From Eubacteriales bacterium (GTDB taxonomy: Bacteria; Bacillota; Clostridia; Oscillospirales; CAG-272), in NCBI GenBank assembly GCA_045655765.1, contig JAZOQA010000059.1:1544-65543 (forward strand): a stretch of DNA of 64,000 nucleotides, written 5' to 3'. Made by a program: the position numbers and the translations under genes. The notes beneath the pieces were generated by a model, which made no database searches, had not been told where the DNA came from, and was given only the letters and a program-made list of their open reading frames with translations. The number at the start of each line of letters is the position of its first letter. Positions within the stretch are counted from its first letter, which is position 1. Below are positions 1-10,773 of this stretch, piece by piece.

Positions 1-137
1 GCAAAGAGCAAAACGCCAACGGAGACGTAGAGAACGAGGATTCTCGCAGGTGTAAGCCTTGTGAGGTCTATTAGAAGCTGTGCAAAAAGGCAGACAAGTC
101 CGCCGCTTAAAAAAACCAGAAGGAGGTTGTGCTCCAT
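1..137 (-). CDS. spoVAE: stage V sporulation protein AE, 5' part only (gene runs off the left edge)
   Basis: Not in the ORF track because it is truncated. Minus-strand ATG at 137-135, one nt after the spoVAD stop. Translates MEHNLLLVFLSGGLVCLFAQLLIDLTRLTPARILVLYVSVGVLLF, a typical SpoVAE membrane N-terminus, and fits the canonical spoVAC-AD-AE order. Confidence 0.75.
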   Translation of the reverse strand, partial: MEHNLLLVFLSGGLVCLFAQLLIDLTRLTPARILVLYVSVGVLLF

Positions 138-138
138 T

Positions 139-1167
139 TTATTTTCTTCCTTTCGTAGTTGTTTTTGTTTTGTCCGCCTCTATTCTCAAAGCGGGGGCTA
201 TCCCGACGATATTCTGTCCCTGAAGCGAGGTTGTGGCGTTCATTAACGCTCCCGTTGAAAGGAAAAGTATGCGGGAAAGCTCCCCACACTCAAGCTTTGG
301 AAGAAAATGAGCGGCAAGCACCGATGCCGACGTTCCGCACCCTGATGCACCGCTGTGTGCATCCCGACGGTTAAGGTCGTATATGAGGAGAGCTGAATCA
401 CGGTGGAGGCGAGAGAGGCGAGGGTCCTTTTCATCAAGCAGCTCGTGAAGCAAGGATGTGCCGCACGCACCGAGGTCTCCGGTTACTATAAGGTCAAATT
501 CCTCGGGCGCAATTTCCGAGTGCTCAAAATAGCTTAAAATCGTGTTCGCCGCCGCAAACGCCATAGCAGGACCCATATTGGAGGCATCTGTAGTACCTCC
601 GTCAATAGGCACACCGACCATAAAGTCTTTAATTTTCACCCGTCCGGTTCCCCTGCCGAGAATGAACGCCCCCGCCGCTGTGGCAGTCCACTGTGCGGTC
701 ATTGCACGCTGTCCGCCGTATTCAAGAGGGGTGCGGAATTGACGCTCCGCTGTCGCATTGTGAGAGGTTGTAACCGCCGCACAAAGCCGAAGCTCCTCGT
801 GAGAGTCCATAAATGCGGCAAGCGACAAAAGAGACTCCGCACAGGTGGAGCACGCCCCATAAAGTCCCAGCAGCGGTATGCCGAACGAATGAAGTCCGAG
901 CGAGGTTGCTGTGCATTGATTTTGCAGGTCTCCTGCGGCAAGCAGGTCTATATCCGTGTGCGAAATTCCGCCTTTTTTGAGGGCTAAGTTTAAGCAAATT
1001 CTGCCCATTTCTCCCTCGGACATCTCCCAAGTTTTTTGTCCGAATTTGTCGCTCGGGTCACAAAAATCAAATGCCTCACCAAGCGGTCCGAGCTTCTCCT
1101 CAAGTCCGCCACAGGCGGAATATGAAAAAAAGCCTACGTCATTTTTTATTTTAATTATATTTTGCAT
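139..1167 (-). CDS. spoVAD: stage V sporulation protein AD
   Basis: 342-aa ORF with thiolase-like SpoVAD sequence (GLYGACSTCAESL, HSGASGCGTSA). Flanked by spoVAC and spoVAE. Confidence 0.9.
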   Translation of the reverse strand: MQNIIKIKNDVGFFSYSACGGLEEKLGPLGEAFDFCDPSDKFGQKTWEMSEGEMGRICLNLALKKGGISHTDIDLLAAGDLQNQCTATSLGLHSFGIPLLGLYGACSTCAESLLSLAAFMDSHEELRLCAAVTTSHNATAERQFRTPLEYGGQRAMTAQWTATAAGAFILGRGTGRVKIKDFMVGVPIDGGTTDASNMGPAMAFAAANTILSYFEHSEIAPEEFDLIVTGDLGACGTSLLHELLDEKDPRLSRLHRDSALLIYDLNRRDAHSGASGCGTSASVLAAHFLPKLECGELSRILFLSTGALMNATTSLQGQNIVGIAPALRIEADKTKTTTKGRK

Positions 1168-1191
1168 TTAAATATCTCCAAAAATGGCTTT

Positions 1192-1211
1192 TTGTAAACT
1201 TAAATTAACAA
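1192..1211. repeat. 20-bp palindromic box, degenerate copy (spoVAC/spoVAD junction)
   Basis: TTGTAAACTTAAATTAACAA. The spoVAC stop codon lies in the centre. Confidence 0.55.
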
Positions 1212-1637
1212 ATATATATAATAAACAACACCGTAGATTACACCTGAAAGCAGTCCGAAAATTATCACGGGTCCCGCCACGGTGAATATTTTTGCCCCAA
1301 CTCCAAGCACGTATCCCTCGCTTGATGAGTCGAGTGCCTCGCTTGTAACTGCGTTTGAAAATCCACACACGGGAACAAGAGTCCCCGCACCCGTAAATCT
1401 CGCTATTTTTTCAAAAATCCCAAGCGCTGTCAGAAGTGCCGCTAAAAAAATAACAGAGACGGTGACGAGTGTTGTTGCAGCCTTTCTTTCGACCACCTTT
1501 AAAAAGAGAATATAAAGCACCTCTCCAAACACGCAAATAAGTCCACCCGAAACAAAGGCTCTTATGGAATTTTTTAACACGGGTGAGCCTTTCGAGTGCT
1601 TTTTTATAAGTTCTTTTTTTCTTTCCTTTGAAATCAC
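1200..1637 (-). CDS. spoVAC: stage V sporulation protein AC
   Basis: 145-aa multi-pass membrane ORF with a typical SpoVAC N-terminus (KKHSKGSPVLKNSIRAFVSGGLICVFGE), directly upstream of spoVAD. Confidence 0.85.
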   Translation of the reverse strand: MISKERKKELIKKHSKGSPVLKNSIRAFVSGGLICVFGEVLYILFLKVVERKAATTLVTVSVIFLAALLTALGIFEKIARFTGAGTLVPVCGFSNAVTSEALDSSSEGYVLGVGAKIFTVAGPVIIFGLLSGVIYGVVYYIYLLI

Positions 1638-1807
1638 AGTATCAAAAACCCTCTTATTTTGTTATTTTTTGTTTACATTTTTAGTCTTTTCACATCTTTT
1701 AGTGTTATTCTTTTACATCGAAAGAAGAAATATACATATTGATTTTTCAGAAAAGATGTTGTATAATATAATTGCTCTTTAAATTTTTTAAAAAAAGGGG
1801 CTTGAAA

Positions 1808-2350
1808 ATGAAAATAAAGGCAAATATATTGGACTCCTCAGCCGTCGGACGTGCGGTAAAGCGGCTTGCGCACGAGATTGTCGAAAAGAATAACGGCACG
1901 GAGGACGTGGTTCTTGTCGGCATTTTGAGACGCGGCTCGCATATAGCAAGACGTCTTGCGAAAATGATATATGAAATAGAGGGTGGGGCTGTGCCTGTCG
2001 GCGACTTAGATATATCCTTTTACAGAGATGACCTTGGCATATATAATCAGCCGGTAGTAAACAACACCGACATTCCCTTTGATATAAATGGAAAGAACGT
2101 GATTTTAGTAGACGACGTTCTTTACACCGGCAGAACCGTGAGGGCGGCAATCGACTGCCTTTTCAGAATGGGCAGAGCGAGGACCGTTCAGCTTGCGGTT
2201 ATGATTGACAGAGGACTTCGAGAGCTGCCAATAAAGGCTGATTTTGTAGGAAAGAATATTCCCACCTCACACCAGGAGAGCGTAGCTGTAAAGATGAGTG
2301 AGTGCGACGGTGAGGACAGGGTTTTTATATATGAAAAGGAGGGAGAATAA
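1808..2350 (+). CDS. pyrR: PyrR, bifunctional pyrimidine regulatory protein / uracil phosphoribosyltransferase
   Basis: PRTase motif VILVDDVLYTGRTVRAA and overall PyrR-like sequence. Start moved from the track's 1772 to ATG 1808 (MKIKANILD), which follows an AAAAAGGGG Shine-Dalgarno. Confidence 0.88.
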   Translation: MKIKANILDSSAVGRAVKRLAHEIVEKNNGTEDVVLVGILRRGSHIARRLAKMIYEIEGGAVPVGDLDISFYRDDLGIYNQPVVNNTDIPFDINGKNVILVDDVLYTGRTVRAAIDCLFRMGRARTVQLAVMIDRGLRELPIKADFVGKNIPTSHQESVAVKMSECDGEDRVFIYEKEGE

Positions 2351-2709
2351 TGCATTACGACAGACTTCTTGGCTACACACCGCCCGAGGAAGATGAGGAC
2401 GATTTAAATGAAAAGGAAGAGTCCTGTGCTTCGGTACACGGCACACGTCTTTGGGCTATTATTTCCCTTATACTCGCCTCAGTTGGCGTTATTCTCGTTT
2501 TAGTTCCCGTAGTCGGTATCTTTTTCGGTGCTGCGGCAATAGCTTTTTCCGTCATCTCAAGAATAAAAAACGGATATTTCTACGGCACAGCGGTTGTAGG
2601 ACTTATAATCGGCGTCATTGCCCTTGCCTGCTCGGGATTTTTCATCATTTACAACGCAATGAACGAGGCGGGGCTTGTACAAAACATCTTCACGGAGCTT
2701 ATAAAATAG
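2350..2709 (+). CDS. small membrane protein, DUF4190-like (acidic N-terminus plus two or three TM helices)
   Basis: 119-aa ORF overlapping the pyrR stop (TAATG). Hydrophobic segments WAIISLILASVGVILVLVPVVGIFFGAAAIAF and AVVGLIIGVIALACSGFFIIY. Confidence 0.5.
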   Translation: MHYDRLLGYTPPEEDEDDLNEKEESCASVHGTRLWAIISLILASVGVILVLVPVVGIFFGAAAIAFSVISRIKNGYFYGTAVVGLIIGVIALACSGFFIIYNAMNEAGLVQNIFTELIK

Positions 2710-2829
2710 GCTTCCGTATTTAGTCATAACCGAATAAAAAACGAGTGGAGACATTGTAAACTGTGCCTCCACTTTTGTTTTGTGCTTATTTCATTGATTT
2801 TAAGGTTGAAAACCTGCGGTTTTCTTTAC
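2708..2829 (+). repeat. 122-bp intergenic module, copy A (conserved box + variable hairpin + GAAAACC-TGC-GGTTTTC hairpin)
   Basis: AGGCTTCCGTATTTAGTCATAACCGAATAAAAA ... TTAAGGTTGAAAACCTGCGGTTTTCTTTAC. Repeated at 2935-3056. Confidence 0.85.
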
Positions 2830-2934
2830 TTTTTTTATGTTTTTATTCTATCTCCGTTTTCCACCACTGTCGTATACTTATACGCCTATGTGGTAGAAAG
2901 CCGAAGATTTCTCAACTAAATCCGTTTGCCTATT

Positions 2935-3056
2935 AGGCTTCCGTATTTAGTCATAACCGAATAAAAACGAAATGAGGCATTGTTTCTTACAATGTCTCAT
3001 TTTCATTTTGTTATGCTTTAATTTATTTAAGGTTGAAAACCTGCGGTTTTCTTTAC
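2935..3056 (+). repeat. 122-bp intergenic module, copy B
   Basis: Both ends match copy A. The central hairpin has a different sequence but the structure is preserved (AAATGAGGCATTGT-TTCT-TACAATGTCTCATTT). Confidence 0.85.
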
Positions 3057-3095
3057 AATTTATTTTTTGCCTTTTATTTTTCTTTAAGATAGAAA

Positions 3096-3128
3096 ACAGC
3101 GGAGAATTTTAAGCCTTTTCTCCGCCGT
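3096..3128 (-). terminator. terminator after the LRR lipoprotein gene
   Basis: ACAGCGGAGAA...TTCTCCGCCGT. The single mismatch is a G-U pair in the minus-strand RNA, followed by a U-run. Confidence 0.75.
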
Positions 3129-3136
3129 TTTGTTTT

Positions 3137-4132
3137 TTATAATATAGTATCGATGTAAATAACCTCACAGCCTGAGCTGTTCCAATTCGAGTGCCAGCCA
3201 AGTGGGAGATTGTCCTCTTCAAAATCAAGGAAAATAAAAAGATTTTCGCTGTTGTGGAACGCCATCATTTCTATTTCCTCGACTGTAGATGGTATGTGTA
3301 TTTCTCCAAGAGACGTGCAATTTGAAAACGCACCGGTTCCTATAAAGACTGTTTTGTCGGAAATTTTGACCTGCTCAAGCGAGGTACAGCCGTCGAAAAC
3401 GTAGCTTGAAATTCTAATCACGCTCTCGGGCAAAACGATACTTTTAAGAGACGTGCAATATTGGAATGCAAAGCTTCCAATCTCTGTCAGAGTGCTTGGC
3501 AGAGTTATTTTTTCAAGCGTTTCGCAATTCATAAACGACCTTGATTTTATTGAGACCACAGTACGGGAGCCTATTTTTTCGGGAATGTTCAAGATCTTCG
3601 GATTTCCCATAATTCCCGTTATAACAATATCTCCTTTTGTATTTGTAGACCAGGAAAATGAGCCGAGTGTACCGCAATTCCAGGTTACAAGCTCCTCCTT
3701 GTCGTACCATTCCGAATGCCAGCCGTCCTGCGGCTCGGTTGACTCGCAGAACACCTTGTAGTCACCTACAAGAGCATTTTTGGAAACGGAAACAATAGAC
3801 GAGGTTATTGTAATGCTCTTTACTGTGGGATTGTCGTAAAACGCAAAGGAGTTAATTCCTGTAACAGGCTTTCCATCCCATTCACTGGGAATAAAAACGT
3901 CTTCTTCTGTGCCGTGATAGCCCGTTACAACATATTGGTCAAGACCCTCGTCAAAGGTAAGTCCGTATGTGCCATTGCTGTTTAATGGCTCGTCGGTTGT
4001 CGAATCCTCAGTGCTTGGCGGAGGATTATTTCCGCTCGGTGTCACCGTAACGTCACTCCAGGAGCAGGCTGCAAGAGTTAATAAAACCGATAGAGAAACA
4101 AATAAAATTAATATTTTTTTGAAAAGGTGCAT
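3137..4132 (-). CDS. surface lipoprotein with BspA-type leucine-rich repeats
   Basis: Lipobox LTLAAC at the N-terminus. Repeated units of the form I.IP.SV..IG..AF..C.SL (ITLPSTLTEIGSFAFQYCTSLKSIVLPESVIRISSYVFDGCTSLEQV). Confidence 0.7.
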   Translation of the reverse strand: MHLFKKILILFVSLSVLLTLAACSWSDVTVTPSGNNPPPSTEDSTTDEPLNSNGTYGLTFDEGLDQYVVTGYHGTEEDVFIPSEWDGKPVTGINSFAFYDNPTVKSITITSSIVSVSKNALVGDYKVFCESTEPQDGWHSEWYDKEELVTWNCGTLGSFSWSTNTKGDIVITGIMGNPKILNIPEKIGSRTVVSIKSRSFMNCETLEKITLPSTLTEIGSFAFQYCTSLKSIVLPESVIRISSYVFDGCTSLEQVKISDKTVFIGTGAFSNCTSLGEIHIPSTVEEIEMMAFHNSENLFIFLDFEEDNLPLGWHSNWNSSGCEVIYIDTIL

Positions 4133-4610
4133 AAAAAATATTTTTCCCCTTTCTTTTTTATCATTTTCTATTTTATCACAAATTAAAGAAATTTACAACA
4201 CTATTTTAAAAATTAGTAAAAACACCGTTTAATATCAAGCTTTTTTACCGTTTAAAAAGATCCTCAAGTCATTCTTTTAGCAGTTGAAGACACAAAGTCG
4301 AGCTGCAAAGCAGCACCGATATAAAAAAGGAGATTAAGACGAGGTTATTTTTATATACTGATGCTTCAGCTTCGCCCTGCGGCTAAGCTGTACTTACTCT
4401 CCACCTCTAAGGATAAAAATAGGGTTAAAAATTTTATTTTTTTATATCTTTTTATGTTTACAAAATTTTTACAAATAATATAAACTTGAAAATCTTTATT
4501 TTTCTTTTTTTTATTGCTTTTCTTAATATTTTATGTTATAATTATATAAATTATATAAATAGATGTTTAAAATATTTTAGTGTATGTTAAAATGAAAGGA
4601 TTTTGAAAAT
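4133..4610. other. AT-rich dnaA upstream region, candidate oriC / dnaA promoter half
   Basis: 478 bp without ORFs, very AT-rich from about 4430 to 4600. Only weak DnaA-box matches (TTATCCTTA on the minus strand at about 4410-4418). Confidence 0.35.
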
Positions 4611-6041
4611 ATGGATGAGCTTTCAGCTATTCTTGAAGAATTTTTGGCTCTTGCGGAAACGAGATTAAATACGTCTAAATCCACATTTAACCTTTGGTTT
4701 GGGAACCTCAAGCTCGTCTCTCTTAATGAAGAGGAGGCGGTTTTCATCGCAGCTTCTTCTCTTAAAAAGAAAATTCTTATTCAAAAGTACGGCAAAATCA
4801 TAGAGGAAGCCCTGATGGACGTGCTTGGCTTTAGAGTAAACATAAGAATTGAGAGTGAAAAGGATACTGAAAAGGATTTTCCTGTTGTTCCCTCTTACAT
4901 AGATGAAACAAAAACACCCGATACTCCGTTAGAAATAGAAAGACGCAGGCTTGAGGATGAAAAAAAGAAGGAGCTTATAGACGACTATTTAAAGGACTCC
5001 AAAAAAGAAAAAAAATCTCTTATAGAAGAATATACCTTTGAAAATTTTATAGAGGGTGAATCAAATAAGTTTGCAAAGGCTGCGTGCTTTGCGGTTGCAA
5101 CCGAGCCGACGGCAAATCAGTATAATCCCCTCTTTATACACGGTAATTCAGGACTCGGAAAAACTCACCTTCTTTATGCTATAATAAACTATTTAAAAAC
5201 CAACAATCCCGAATTGAAGATAGTTTATAAAAAGTGTGAGGAGATTATAACGGAGCTTGTAAAGGCTATAAATACAAATTCAACAAATCTTTTTAAAGAG
5301 AAATACCGCTCCGCCGACGTTCTTTTAATAGATGATATTCAGTCTATTTCAAAGGCGGAGGCAACGCAAGAGGAAATGTTCAATACATTTACGGTGCTTT
5401 ACGAAAACGAAAAGCAAATAGTTCTCACGTCCGACCGCCCTCCAAAGGAAATAAAGCCCTTGACGGACAGGCTCAGAACAAGATTTGAAATGGGTCTTAT
5501 TGCAGACGTTCAGCCGCCGAGCATTGAGCTTAGAAGTGCTATTATTCTAAAAAAGGCAAAGGCACTCGGTGTGGAAATTCCGCAAAATCTCGTTTATTAC
5601 CTTGCTGAGCGTCTTGTCTCTAATATAAGACAAATCGAGGGTGTTATAACAAAGCTCTACGCAATGAAAAACTTTTCAGGCACAGAGGTTACAAAATCCG
5701 TAATAGACGAGGCTATATCCGTCGTAGACCCCGGTAATATTCCCACAGACGTTATGGTTGAAAGGATTATTTCTATTGTAAGCCGCCATTACGGAGTTTC
5801 GGTAGAGGATATAAAATCAAAAAAGAAAACCGGTACTATAACCAACGCAAGACAGGTTGCGGCACATATTATAAAAAACCTCACCACTCTTACTCTTGAG
5901 GAGATTGGATCAATTCTCGGAGGAAGAAATCATTCAACGATGATTTATTCGCTTGAAAAGGTTGAGATTATGATGCGTACGGTTAAGAACACTGAGGCGG
6001 AAATTCTCGCTCTTATAAAAGAAATCAAGGATATAAAATAA
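4611..6041 (+). CDS. dnaA: chromosomal replication initiator protein DnaA
   Basis: 476 aa. AAA+ Walker A GNSGLGKTHLL, box VII, and C-terminal DnaA-box binding domain (GGRNHSTMIYSLEKV). Confidence 0.97.
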   Translation: MDELSAILEEFLALAETRLNTSKSTFNLWFGNLKLVSLNEEEAVFIAASSLKKKILIQKYGKIIEEALMDVLGFRVNIRIESEKDTEKDFPVVPSYIDETKTPDTPLEIERRRLEDEKKKELIDDYLKDSKKEKKSLIEEYTFENFIEGESNKFAKAACFAVATEPTANQYNPLFIHGNSGLGKTHLLYAIINYLKTNNPELKIVYKKCEEIITELVKAINTNSTNLFKEKYRSADVLLIDDIQSISKAEATQEEMFNTFTVLYENEKQIVLTSDRPPKEIKPLTDRLRTRFEMGLIADVQPPSIELRSAIILKKAKALGVEIPQNLVYYLAERLVSNIRQIEGVITKLYAMKNFSGTEVTKSVIDEAISVVDPGNIPTDVMVERIISIVSRHYGVSVEDIKSKKKTGTITNARQVAAHIIKNLTTLTLEEIGSILGGRNHSTMIYSLEKVEIMMRTVKNTEAEILALIKEIKDIK

Positions 6042-6295
6042 ACATTTTTTTGTTGATATGTTTATAACTTGGTGTTGAAAAGAGGTTTATATTTTTGTAG
6101 ATAAAATTTAGTCATTTATAAAACACAAATCAACAACTTAAATGTTCATAAAATTTGAATAAAAAACCTTTAAAATCAACGAAAAAACCAGTTTTAAACA
6201 ATTAAACATCCCCAACAACAAATACAACAACCTATATATTAATTATCTATCTTAAAAAGAGCGGCAATAAGCCGACAAAAAGGAGATTTAATAAA
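6042..6295. other. dnaA-dnaN intergenic region, candidate second oriC half
   Basis: 254 bp AT-rich. Best DnaA-box match is TTATCTACA (minus strand, 6097-6105), one mismatch to TTATCCACA. Confidence 0.3.
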
Positions 6296-7462
6296 ATGAA
6301 ATTCACAGTTGACAGAAATTTATTTACAGATGCTCTTATAATAGCTATGGGTACTGTTTCCAAAAAGAATACTATCACCAATATAGAGGGCTTTCTTATT
6401 GAAACGAAGGATGAAAACAAAATTCAAATATCCTCTTACGATATGACAAAGGGTATAAGACTCACCATTGATGCCATCTCGGTTGAAAGAGAGGGTAAAT
6501 ATATAGTAAACGCTCAAAGACTTATGCAGACTGTGCGTTCCCTTTCTGAAGAGGAGCTTGAAATAGACGTAGATTCTAATTATACCTGCTCTATAAAAAG
6601 CGGAAGAGCATCATTTTCTATGGCTTGTATCAGAGGCGAGGACTTTCCCACCTTTCCCGAGCTTGTAACCGAAAGAGGCTTTGAAATAGAGTCGGATATA
6701 CTTGCGAAGATGATAAGTAAGGTTATACACTCCGTTGCAGACCAATCCACAAGGCAGATGCTTTGCGGAGCTTATTTCAATATTAAAGAAAATTCGCTCG
6801 AGGTCGTTTCCTGCAACACCTATATTCTCTCAAAGTGTAATGCTAAATGCGATATAAAAAGCCTTGCGTCAGACAGCGGATTTAATTTCAGCTTGATTAT
6901 TCCCGGTCACGCTCTGCCCGAGCTTTCAAAAATACTTCTCGATGGGGAAAATGAAAAGGTTAAGTTCTATATTTCAAGAAAGCACGCCATTATAAGAAAG
7001 GGCGACGTTATATTCTTTACAAGAACAATAGATAGCGAATATATTGACTACAACAGAATTATTCCAAAGGAAAATGATATTTTTGTAACTGTTGATAAGA
7101 ATAATTTTTTAGACTCACTTGAAAGAGCTAATATAATTGCTGATGAAAAAATAAAGGGCAGCGATATGGGATTTGTTAAAATTAAGGCAGAGAATCAATA
7201 CTTCCTTATAAATTCCACGTCTGTAAACGGCAAGGTTTCCGATGAAATTGAATGCGTACACATCGGAGACGATATTGAAATGGGCTTCAACTGCCGTTAC
7301 ATAATGAGCTGCGTCAGAGTTGCCGAGGGTGAAAATATAAAAATAACAATGAAGACTCCCACCTATGCCATTACTATAGAGCCGACGGAGAAGAGTGAGG
7401 AATTTGATTATATTTACATCGTTCTACCTATTAAGCTCAAGGAAAATTCTCAAAAAAATTAA
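6296..7462 (+). CDS. dnaN: DNA polymerase III beta sliding clamp
   Basis: 388-aa ORF directly after dnaA. N-terminus MKFTVDRNLF...AMGTVSKKNTI is typical of DnaN. Confidence 0.95.
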   Translation: MKFTVDRNLFTDALIIAMGTVSKKNTITNIEGFLIETKDENKIQISSYDMTKGIRLTIDAISVEREGKYIVNAQRLMQTVRSLSEEELEIDVDSNYTCSIKSGRASFSMACIRGEDFPTFPELVTERGFEIESDILAKMISKVIHSVADQSTRQMLCGAYFNIKENSLEVVSCNTYILSKCNAKCDIKSLASDSGFNFSLIIPGHALPELSKILLDGENEKVKFYISRKHAIIRKGDVIFFTRTIDSEYIDYNRIIPKENDIFVTVDKNNFLDSLERANIIADEKIKGSDMGFVKIKAENQYFLINSTSVNGKVSDEIECVHIGDDIEMGFNCRYIMSCVRVAEGENIKITMKTPTYAITIEPTEKSEEFDYIYIVLPIKLKENSQKN

Positions 7463-8540
7463 ATGAGAGTAAAAAGATTTTCGGCGGAAAATTTTCGCAA
7501 TATAAAAAAATGTGATATTTTATTTTCAGATGGAATAAATCTTCTGCACGGAAAAAACGCACAGGGAAAAACCAATGCTCTTGAGGGAATTTATATTTTT
7601 TCAAGAGGAAAGTCATTCAGAGCAATAGATGAAAAGGAGCTTATAAGGGACGGTACTGAGGGATTTCGTATTTTTCTTGAATTTGAGGATAAATACGGAG
7701 AGGAAAGCCTTGAATATTCTCTTATAGGAAAAGAAAGAAGACGAAAAAAGAACGGTTATAAAATAAATAAAGTAACCGAAATGATAGGATCTTTTAAAAC
7801 AGTTCTTTTTTCTCCTGACGACTTAACTATTGTAAAGGACGGTCCTGAGAGACGCCGTGATTTTATAAATATTGCCGTGTCTCAATGCTATCCATCTTAT
7901 ATAAAGCTGTATTCCGATTACAAAAAGGCTCTTGAAAACAGAAACTGCATTTTGAAAAATGCAAAGGCGGGGCTTTATTTTAGTAAAGAGGAGCTTTATT
8001 CCTGGTCGGAAACCTTGGCTGAATATGCCTCGCACATTTACAAATACAGAGAAGATTATATAAAAAACCTCTCTTCTTTTGCAAATGAGTTTCAATCGGA
8101 TATATCGTCAGGGAAGGAAAGACTTTCGCTTTTTTACAAAAGCGGTATAGAAGAGGACGCAGTAGATATAAAAAACAAATATATAAAAATATTTACGTCC
8201 GATTTTGAAAGAGAATGTGCGGCGGGTGTCACCCTACACGGTCCTCACAGAGACGATATAGAGATAAAAATAAACGGAAAAAATGCAAGAGTATACGCAT
8301 CACAGGGTCAGCAAAGGTCTGCGGTGCTTTCTCTAAAGCTTGCCGAGGGTGAGGTAAACCGTGAAATTTGCGGTGAATATCCCGTTTATTTGCTTGATGA
8401 CGTAATGAGCGAGCTTGATGAAAAAAGAAGAGCTTTCGTGCTTGGTGGAATAAAGGAAAAGCAGGTTATTATAACCTCTTGCGAAAACGATGAGATAAAG
8501 AGTCTTGCGGACTCTGTTACGGAGGTTTATTTAGGAGAAT

Positions 8541-8560
<20 letters not shown>
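7463..8560 (+). CDS. recF: DNA replication and repair protein RecF
   Basis: Walker A GKNAQGKTN, signature SQGQQRS, Walker B YLLDDVMSELD. Starts immediately after the dnaN stop. Confidence 0.95.
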
Positions 8561-10759
<2,199 letters not shown>

Positions 10760-10773
10760 AAGGAAAAAGTGAA

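Noticed and set aside
1772-1807. N-terminal extensions in the ORF track for pyrR (1772), addA (39059, TTG), prmA (51161), the CdaR-like regulator (53029), the S41 peptidase (54297, TTG), greA (55654) and the TM2 protein (57916, TTG).
   Set aside because: In each case a downstream ATG with a proper Shine-Dalgarno gives the family-typical N-terminus. The extensions cover promoters or the preceding gene's end.
1638-1807. Looked for a PyrR-binding attenuator (ARUCCAGAGAGGYU loop) upstream of pyrR, and for T-box or riboswitch leaders upstream of lysS, asnA, guaB and ribF.
   Set aside because: No matching conserved motifs were seen. lysS follows greA by 25 nt, and the other leaders are short or lack the characteristic sequences.
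2708-2737. Reading the conserved terminator box as a small conserved peptide tail. It reads ...RLPYLVITE* in copies A/B, GLPQLGITE* after addA, AFGIIE* after mnmG, and an ATG-initiated 37-codon ORF at 41762.
   Set aside because: Only one copy has a start codon. The frame relative to the upstream gene differs between copies, and in the UPF0210 copy the stop is lost. Conservation is better explained at the nucleotide or RNA level.
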